Below are positions 54,661-64,000 of a stretch of 64,000 nt of DNA, one piece after another (the stretch's first letter is position 1; each line of letters opens with the position of its first letter). Source of the DNA: Gordius albopunctatus (lineage: Eukaryota). The translations under genes and the position numbers were made by a program. Location: contig OZ193909.1 in NCBI GenBank assembly GCA_964276515.1, forward strand, positions 19,468,001 through 19,532,000. Direction: 5' to 3'. Under the pieces are notes generated by a model. It was not told the DNA's origin. It did not search any database and saw nothing but the letters and a program-made list of their open reading frames with translations.

Positions 54661-56826
54661 GAGAAGGGAGAGTCCCATTCGGAATATCCCCCTATCTCTT
54701 GTTTTGTTTTATATCTATTCATACATTACAAAAAGATATATAATCATGAGTAATAACGCGAGAAATTTTCACACTAGCGGGCGTCAAGGATTAAGTAATA
54801 CGCGAGAGAAAAGATAAAAATGGTAAAAAATATGTTATGAGATATAGTGTAATTCTTAGGATCTCTTACGGTCTCTATCGTATGGCAAACAAGGTGTTGT
54901 TCTGGGTGTGTGAAAGGTTCGAGCGTGACCAGAAGAAAATTCTCCCCAGCTGGGCTTTGCCGAAGAAGCTCTCCCGGGAGGGAACGTCGGCAGGGTTGCA
55001 GTCCGTAGATACCCACTCCAGGTTCTGCTTAATCCGGAGCATGTGATCTAGATCCATCTTGTTGCAGATTTTGGTGAAAGCCCATTCCAAGTGCGGCGCA
55101 TGTGCGGACCTTTTTCATGATGTAAAACGCTGTTTTCGAGTCCGTGAGGACTTTGGGGTTTATGTGTGGAGTGTCGACTATGGTTTTGATGTAGGCGAGC
55201 TGGATGGCGATGAGTTCGAGGAGGTTGATTGTCGGAATCAAGTCCTGGCAGCCGAAGATAGCGAGAGCGTCCCCCTTGGCAATGGAGAGGACAGATCCTC
55301 GATAGAATAAGCCAATCTTGGACGTAGAAGCATCACCGGCTGTGAAGCCATTGGTTTCATACCTCATCCGGAAAGGAGTGGATAAGTGGCTCTGTACCAT
55401 TAGTATTTTATTGATTAGCCAGTCCGTATGGAATTGTATGGGATCCCCTTAAAGGCATAGGTTTTACGGTGGAGAGAGGAGTTTCGACCATCCTGTCAGC
55501 ATGTATGTGTAATGTGTGAGAATTGCAAGGTAGTTTTGAGCGACCAATGTGTGTGGACGTTAGTTTATGGCCAGGAAATGGGACATGATTTGTATGGCAG
55601 CATCTATCTTTGACACGAACTTTTAGTTAACCCTAAGTGTGTGATTTTCTGAGTTGACATTGATACCCAAGTAGTCAATGATTGTGCGAGATTCCAATGA
55701 TGATTTGCCGTGGTTAATCGTCAGGTTCCAGCATTTGGCTAAGTAGAGAAATCTACGGGTGTCCGCTTTGACCAAGGTCTTGGATCGTCCATAAATGAGT
55801 ATGTCATCCAGATACACATTATATTTGCATTCGGTCACAGCCTTGCTACACAAGTCAATCATCACCTGTTGTAAGACAAAGGGCGAGAAGCCTGCCCCTA
55901 TGGGTAGCACTTTGTAAGAATACTTATTCCTTCTGTAAGAGAATCCGAAGAATTTTGAGGATTCAGGCGCCAGTGGAATGGAAAAGAAGGCAGCCTTCAT
56001 GTCGATCTTAGTCATATATAGGGCGTCTGATAGCGATGATGCGATAAGCGGGATCGATTTTAAAGTAAATGGATATTTGATGAAGTTTTTTGATATTTGC
56101 GAGAGATCCGTGATCAGACGAGGGGAGCCGTCGCTTTTGGGAATAAAATACATTGGTGAAGGAATTGCCTCCGTGTTTCTGCGAACAACATTGCTCAACA
56201 CGATTTCGTCCACCAGGATTTTGTGTTCACGGGGGATAGCTTTTACATATCGAGGGACGTGATATTTTCCCTTGTTGTCGGCTATGGCCTTCCGTGATAA
56301 TTTTGGCTTGAAGCCATAAGTCGCAATCCTATGAGTGAAACGGGATTGCTTATAGTGTGGTTTCAGAATTGTGGTCCGTATGGATAGGGGTAAAGTAAAA
56401 TGTGAATATAAGGATAAGGGGTGGGAGGGGAAGAGAGGGATATTGGACGGTTCGCTAATGATAGGTGGGCTGTCGCTATCCAGACCCACCTCCGTCCATT
56501 GTTCAAGGAGATGTCCCGGCATATTTGTTTGTTCAGGTAGCGACGTGTTGGTAGGATGAATTGGCTCCTCCAACTCCGGGCCATCGCCGGGAGAGATGGT
56601 ATTTAAAGCGATACTCCTAGCAATGGCAGTATAGTTATTGAGCCAAGTAGGAATAGAACCATCCCTCACCGACCTCGACGGGTTATCACCACAGCCGAGG
56701 GTCGCCGCTACCGTCCTCACGTATCTACTTTCGTTCCGCCCGAGGCGCAGGCGGCCCTTTCGAGTAAGAGCCTTTCTTCCTCGGAGCATTGAATCGATTA
56801 CACGGCCGAAAAAGCTGCACGGAAGT
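54661..56826 (-). mobile_element. Hepadnavirus-like (HEART-type or DIRS-related) RT-RNase H retroelement, 5'-truncated and disrupted
   Basis: RT: PRLITDLSQISK, IDMKAAFFSIPL, KVLPIGAGFSPFVLQ, YLDD, DYLG. RNase H: AGDAS, INLLELIA, VLTDS, WVSTDCNPADVPSR. ORF stop at 54875, then a ~210-nt 3' UTR ending at 54661. Confidence 0.8.
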
Positions 56827-57593
56827 GCTACACATGGGGGCGTGCTTCTCGCCCTTTGTCTTACAACAGGTGATGCTTGACTTGTGTAGCAAGGCTGTGA
56901 CCAAATGCAAATATAATGTGTATCTGGATGACATACTCGTTAATGGACGATCCAAGACCTTGGTCAAAGCGGACACCCGTAGATTTCTCTACTTAGACAA
57001 ATGCTGGAACCTGACGATTAACCACGGCAAATCATCATTGAAACCTCGCACAATCATGGACTACTTGGGTATCAATGTCAACTTAGAAAATCACACACTT
57101 AGGGTTAACCAAAAGTTCCTGTCAAAGTTCGATGCTGCCAAGGGGTCCGCACATGCGCCGCACTTGGAATTGGCTTTCACCAAAATCTGCAACAAGATGG
57201 ACCTAGATCACATGCTCCGGATTAAGCATAACCTGGAATGGGTATCTACGGACTGCAACCCTGCTGACGTTACCTCCCGGGAGAGCTTCTTCGACGAAGC
57301 CCAGCTGGGGAGAATAGTCTTCTGGTCACGCTCGAACCTTTCACACACCCAGAACAACAACTTGTTTGCCATACGATAAAAACCGTAAGAGATCCTAAGA
57401 ATTACACTATATCTCATAACATATTTTTTACCATTTTTATCTTTTCTCTCGCGTATTACTTAACCCTTGACGCTCGCTGGTGTGAAAATTTCTCGCGTTA
57501 TTACTCATGATTATATATTTTTTTGTAATGTATGGATAGATATAAAATAAAACAAGAGATAGGGGGATATCCCGAATCGGACTCTCCCTTCTC
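56824..57593 (+). mobile_element. Inverted, internally deleted second copy of the same retroelement
   Basis: ORF 56789-57379 repeats FSPFVLQQVM..YLDD..HTLRVN, then jumps ~0.5 kb to SAHAPHLE..NPADVTSR. Its 3' UTR ends at the same ...ctctcccttctc terminus as the minus copy. Confidence 0.9.
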
Positions 57594-58516
57594 ATGCGGT
57601 AATTATAAATTGGTAGTCAATCAGTTCGAATAAATAAAATAGTTAAACTAATTTAGCTCGAGATTTTTGAGCACCCGACTAACGATTTCAAAAGTACAAT
57701 ATAGTATTTAATGACCCCGTAATAGATTAAATCTAAAGCATGAGTTTTCTAGAAGTTTTTATGCTTCGACTATATTCAATAAATAACTATTTAGTGTCAA
57801 AGTTAGTTAGAATTGGAAGATAAATATTTGGAATATAAATTTGATTTTAATGATTTTTGTCATAAATTTAAATACGTGCAATTTAGAGTTCAAAACCTCA
57901 TATTTCTAATCCTATAATAATGCTGCTTTTATTGTTGTTTCTACCCGTTTTTTTATGTGCATCTAGTTATCAATTCTGTAAATAATAATAATGTTAAGGT
58001 CTACTTTGAAGCTTTAACCAGGGTTAATAAAGGGTCTCAATTTGCTAAATTGTGCAACTAAGTCAACTATAACCGAAATTATTATTTTCTAAGTCTATAT
58101 AGTTGACAAACACGGTGATTTGATACAAACGTTATAATTTGCTAGAACAATAAAATTTAATTTTCTATACTTCAAATTTATTTATAGTTTTTTAGTCTGT
58201 ACTTTCCATAGAAAATGTTATTTTTTTGAATGAATTCATATCTTTATATTGACAATGAGATGTCGTGTCCCGCTAAATCTTTAAAAAGTATGTGTATTAA
58301 AGTTTATCAAAAAATAAAAAAATTTGCCATTTTAATTTTTTTAAAACTTATTTAATATTTTTAAATAACAGGAGAAATTTTTATTCAGTATATATTTTTT
58401 TTAAAAAGACGAGACGAGAATTCTCGTCGAGAGATGACAAGATCAAGATTTTCATAATCACTGCCAAGACGAGACGAGATTTTGTTTTCGAGACCGAGAC
58501 GAGACGAGATCGAAAC

Positions 58517-59045
58517 ACTATATTGAGTAATCATTTAACTTTTTTTATAAAATATCTTTTAATATATTTTTAATTTTTAAACAGCATCAAATTAAAAACT
58601 AATCATATTTGAAATACCCCAAAATTTAGAAACCCTAACATTCCTTTGGCTCCTAACATTCCTTTGGCTTCTTCTGTCATTTACTGGAAAAGTGTACTAT
58701 TGAGTAATCATTTAACTTTTTTTATAAAATATCTTTTAATACATTTTTAATTTTTAAACAGCATCAAATTAAAAACTAATCATATTTGAAATACCCCAAC
58801 ATTTAGAAACCCTAAAATTCCTTCGGCTTCTTCTGTCATTTACTGGAAAAGTGTACATTCCTTTATCTTCTTCTGTCATTTACTGGAAAAGTGTACTATT
58901 GAGTAATCATTTAACTTTTTTTATAAAATATCTTTTAATACACTTTTAATTTTTAAACAGCATCAAATTAAAAACTAATCATATTTAAAATACCCCAAAA
59001 TTTAGAAACCCTAACATTCCTTTGGCTTCTTCTGTCATATACTAG
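58517..59045. repeat. ~180-200-bp tandem repeat, 3 copies, upstream of the Helitron ORF
   Basis: tattgagtaatcatttaacttttttt...cttcttctgtcat recurs at ~58521, ~58698 and ~58897. Confidence 0.85.
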
Positions 59046-59393
59046 AAAGTTTTTCAATCCCAAATTTTTATATTTTTTTGAAGCTCTCGATTTTTCATGG
59101 GTGTAGCCAAGGGGGACAGGGAGGGGCGGCTGCCCCTTCCCCTAAATGAGAAAAAATATAAAAATTAATACGAATAAATTATAATCATATAATTTCTGCC
59201 TTTTGCCCCTCCTTAAATTATTTTCAAATGTTTTGCCCCTTCCTGATTAAAATTCCTGAAGTGACAATGTATTATTAAAATTAACTTTGATTATAAATAG
59301 CATTGATAAGCAAAAATTGGGAGTCTCTAACCTTCATAATAAGTGTAGGTGTTATCATTAAATTGCCACTATTTTAATTATTTACAGTTATCA

Positions 59394-62300
59394 ATGCCTG
59401 CAAAACGCAAAGGAGCCAATTTAGATCGTCGAACAATACATAATGCAGTCTTGCGCAATAAACGAGCGCGGAGAACAGATGAACAACTTTTACAAAATAA
59501 TGCAGATGTGAGTGTTAGTATGGCTTTATTCCGTGAATCACAATCGCAAGAGACTAGAGATTAACTAAATCTACAAAGAAGATTAGACCAAAGACAAGAG
59601 CGCCGCTTCGTGTTTAACACACGTAGAGGTATTAACCAACAACTCCAACAAGTACATCGAGCATTTACATCAGCTTCATTCCTCCGACTAGCATTCCATT
59701 ATGAGCCTGACGTTGAATATTACGCTCATTCCAAAGTGGTAATTGGTACTATAGACAAGGAATGTCCTCATTGTCATGCACTTAAATTTAAAAATGAGCC
59801 ACCAGGGATGTTTTGCGCATCAGGAAAAGTACAACTAACGGTAATTGAAGCACCAGCTGAACCATTGCACGGCTTACTAATTGGCACGGATCCTGATTCT
59901 AGCCTATTCCTGAAGTCAATTCGCACATTTAATTCATGCTTCAAAATGACATCGTTCGGAACAACAGAATTAGTTAAAACTGATACTGGAAACGGTCAGC
60001 TATTTAATTCAACGTTCAAAATTAAAGGCTAAGTTTTTTACAAAGTTGGCTCACTGCTGCCAATGCCAAACAATTCCTATAAATTTTTAAAAATTTGCTT
60101 TATGGGTGGTGAGGACTCTGAACCCGCACTAGCCAATCGCGGAGATGCACGTTGCGGCTACAATCACATTAATTCACCTTTTGCCAGGCGCATCGTCAGC
60201 AATCTGGACGTTCTGTTGACTGAGCACAATGAATTGTTAAAATTATTTAAAGCACACATGCCCAAATTAATAAGTGACAAACACGCTATTGTCATCTATC
60301 CTGATAAAACACCTGCGGGACAGCATATACGTAGATTTAATGCACTTGTTGTTGACGATGCTGCTGGAATCATGATTGGCGACCGTACAGCTTCGCGCCA
60401 AATCGTGATTCGCAAAAGAGATGATAATCTACATTTCATTGCTGATACCCACCGTTCCTATGGGGCTCCCCAATATTCGCTCATTTATTGAAAGGGGCAA
60501 GACGGTTATTTTATAAACATTAAACAACGGGATCCCCGAAATGGTATTTTATACAACATAAAACATGACTACTCATTTTTATTTTTTTTGTATGTATCAT
60601 ATTACAGGAGCTTAAACAAGCAAAAAAGTGAGCTCGATGGATTATTATGCCTATCGTTTGATGATTAGAAACGGTGAAGACAACATCATTCTACGCTGTC
60701 GAGAGCTTTGCCAGCAGTTCATTGTGGATATGTATGTGAAGATTGAGAGCGAGCGCTTACGCTTCTTACGTTATAACCAGAAAAAGCTGCGTGCTGAAGA
60801 ATACATCCATCTGCGAGACGCTATCGCTACCAACGCTGACGCTGCCGAAATTGGTAGCTCCATTATTTTACCATCATCGTACGTAGGTAGTTTGCGTCAC
60901 ATGCAAGAATACATACAGGATGCCCTGGCTTACGTACGCGAATACGGACGACCATGTTTATTTATCACCTTTACATGTAACCCAAAATGGCAAAAAATTA
61001 CATCGTTACTCTTAGCAGGACAAAATGCAATACATCGTCATGACATTATAGCCCGTGTGTTTAAACAAAAATTAAGGTCTTTCGTTAACTTTATTACAAA
61101 ATTACACATATTTGGCCCCGCACATTGTTGGATGTATTCAGTTGAGTGGCAAAAGCGTGGATTACCTCATGCACATATTTTGATTTGGTTCATTGACAAA
61201 ATATGCCCAGAAGACATAGATAGTTTAGTATCCGCAGGAATACCAAATCCTTCTACTGATCAATTATTGTTTGATATTGTCACCAAAAATATGATTCGTG
61301 GCCCATGCGGTGCTTTAAATCCTTCATCGCCTTGCATGTTAGATGGAAAGTGTACAAAACGTTTTCCTAAAGATTTCACCAACGATACGATCACACATGA
61401 GGACGGATATCCTATATATCGTCGAAGAAGTACCGATGGTGGCGGACAATTATTTAGTAAAACTATCAGTAACGCAGACATTAACATCGAAAATCGTTGG
61501 GCCGTACCATACTCACCTCTCCTCTGTAAAACATTCAATTCTCATATTAATGTTGAGTTCTGCAATTCGGTCAAAAGCATAAAATACATTTGCAAATATA
61601 TTAATAAAGGAAGTTATATAGCTCTATTTAGAGTTGAAAATACCAATGTGAATGCTACGTTATTGAATGGCAGTGCTGAAATCACCAACTACCAAATTGG
61701 ACGATACATCCAATGAAGCTATTTGGCGAATCTTCGGGTTTCCAATTCATGAACGTCATCCAGCAGTTATCCATTCAGCTGTTCATCTTGAAAACGGCAA
61801 CGCGTTTTTTTCACAAACGAGACGGCTTTTGATCGTTCAATAAATCCACCAAACACCACACTAACAGCTTTTTTTGCTTTGTGTAATTCCTCCGATGCTT
61901 TTGGTGCCTTATCACGAACACTACTTTATTCAGAAGTACCTCCGCTGAAAATTTTTCAAGACAACTGTTGAATATTAGTGATGGAAAATGTGCTTTACAT
62001 GAAAATACTAAATGCATGAAATTACCATCGGATTTTTGCCAAATTGTAGAGACGCAAACTGCTCTCATTGACCATGTATTTCCAAATCTTTACACAGAAT
62101 ACAACAATCTTGATTGGCTGGCAAAAAGAGCAATATTAGCAGCAAAAAATGTGGACGTCAATGATTTAAGTTGTTGCCAGGTGACTTAATATCATATAAA
62201 TCTGTCGATACAGTATGTGATGCCAACGAAGTTGTAAATTATCCGATTGAGTTTTTGAATTCTTTGGATTTGCCAGACATGCCACCGCACGATTTACATC

Positions 62301-62713
62301 TAAAGGTCGGATCTCCTGTAATTTTACTTCGTAACCTAAACCAACCACGGCTTTGCAATGACACACGATTAGTAATAAAAAAATTATTACAAAACTCTAT
62401 AGAAGTCACTATATTGAATGGCAAATTTTGCGGTTAAAATATATTGCTGTCACGAATTCCTATTTTTTTCTCAGATGTACCCATTGAATTCAAACGCATT
62501 CAATTTCCTATTAGATTAGCTTTCGCAATGACAATTAATAAAGCCCAGGGCCAAACAATGTCTATTTGTGGCTTAGATTTGAGCACACCATGCTTTTCCC
62601 ACGGACAACTTTATGTGGCATGTTCTCGCGTGGGTAAACCATCCAGTTTGTTTGTGTTGGCTAAAGACAATCTAACCAAAAATATTGTATACTCCATAGC
62701 ACTTAGAGATTAA
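59394..62713 (+). mobile_element. Helitron Rep/Helicase pseudogene with internal deletion
   Basis: CPHCHALKF zinc motif, FITFTCNPKW, HUH motif VEWQKRGLPHAHIL and KYICKYINKG. Pif1-helicase C-terminal motifs LKVGSPVILLRNL, QFPIRLAFAMTINKAQGQT and HGQLYVACSRV. Stops and frameshifts are present, with an intron at ~60544-60607. Confidence 0.95.
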
Positions 62714-62939
62714 TTGTGAAGTAAAACGGATCAGGGATTTTTTTAATCGTTTCGGTAAGTATATCAATACACTATAGATGATTTAATTAAGTTTAACTTT
62801 AAATATTTGAAATATTGTGTCGATTATGTTATACAATAATCGTATCCAACAATAGGAGGTTGGCGTGAAGAGGAGGGATGGTGTAACGGATCAGGGATTT
62901 GTTTTAGGTAAGTATATTAATACAATATAGATGATTTAA

Positions 62940-64000
62940 TTTTTTTTTTAATTGACATGCTTTATTAAATAAAAAGTATTAAATATTGAGTGGAATTAAT
63001 AAAAAGATACAGGAACGAAAACCTTTATATAAAAAAATGATTCAAACTCAATATCCGTTTCTTCATCTTTGAGAATGGGCATTGAATCCATCAAAGAATA
63101 AAAATTAGATTTAGCGATCGCGATGGCAATTGATTGTCGTAGTAAAAAACTATTCGATATTTTACAAGGGGGCGAGCGTTTATTGAGTTCTTTAAAAAAA
63201 TTAATGCGCTCTTCCCAAATGTCCCTGAGCACGATGAGACGATAGGAATAAAAATCAAGGTTTGGGATAAAGCTGAATATTTTAAGGATTTCCGATGCTC
63301 TGCCGATCCAAGGGGGTCGTGAGTATCGTTGGAGGGGGCAAAAAGGTCTATACAGGTGTAGTCCCATTTTAGGAAAAGGCCTTTGTCCCATGGGATAAGG
63401 GACGAACCGTACGGGCGCATCCGCCCTTCGAGAGAGGGATCTGAAGGTTCAAGGATCGAAGGGACTTTTGCCCGTTTGAGGGCAGCTTGAAGCAGTGTAT
63501 TTATTTTTTGGTGCCTACCATACCGGCTTTTGTTAAATTTACAATGCAGAGGGTGACGTGCTTCCTCATCTACAAGTGAATTACAAAGCCGGCAGGGGTA
63601 TGAGGACGTGTATTTACAAGCCAAGCGGAAGGCTATATTGTAGGACAGGGTAGGATTCTATAAAAACATACCCGAAAATTTACTAGGGTAAGCTTCAAGC
63701 CATTCATGTCCGGATTGGTCGAAAGCCAATGACCTAAGGTTGCAATGCTGTTTGGCGTCGCATGTCGAGAGAAGGTAAGCAACGGACCGCGACACCAAGC
63801 TTGCATCCAAATCTTTTTGAGCGCATGATTGTGGTATATTAGCTCCTACATTGACGTTCTCATTCCATAAGGATAGGGCTTGATTTATGGAGGGATTAAG
63901 TGGGAATGGGACAAGGTCGTTGATATGATGTTTAAAAGATAGAGAGGAAGAAATGAAGGCGGCTAGGGAAATCGCAGTTGGTGAGCGAATACCAAGGCCA
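62940..64000 (-). mobile_element. CRE-clade non-LTR retrotransposon 3' part with poly(A); runs off the window
   Basis: CRLC...H..HC zinc knuckle, RH.KIN.LL..ALKRA.VPSILEP, RP.G..LIPW.KG..LKWD RLE domain. AATAAA and an A-tail at ~62940-62970. Confidence 0.8.

Noticed and set aside
54588..57593. Canonical DIRS1 or Penelope assignment for the inverted RT locus
   Set aside because: No tyrosine recombinase, ICR or GIY-YIG domain is visible, and the RT/RH motifs are not Penelope-like. DIRS affinity remains possible pending phylogeny.

Overview
AT-rich, intron-containing eukaryotic DNA, most consistent with an invertebrate animal; the taxon cannot be fixed from sequence alone. Two host genes can be fully reconstructed. 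One is a 4-exon inward-rectifier K+ channel (Kir/Irk, minus strand, 3409-11474) with a predicted GC-AG intron and a ~420-aa N-terminal extension. The other is an 11-exon ribophorin I (RPN1, plus strand, 30470-35442). The rest is a dense mosaic of mobile DNA: two Ty3/Gypsy elements (one internally inverted inside intact TSDs), RTE and CRE non-LTR elements, hAT elements and MITEs with 8-bp TSDs, Helentron-associated (DINE-1/HINE-like) elements and a decayed Helitron. The most striking feature is a retroelement at 54588-57593. Its RT and RNase H motifs resemble hepadnaviral polymerase more than LTR or DIRS elements, it has no visible integrase, recombinase or LTR, and it is arranged as inverted copies with 3' ends facing outward. 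A ~0.5-kb non-coding inverted-repeat insertion at 18006-18504 shares its terminal motifs and architecture. All family assignments are by visual motif recognition; no database search was run.
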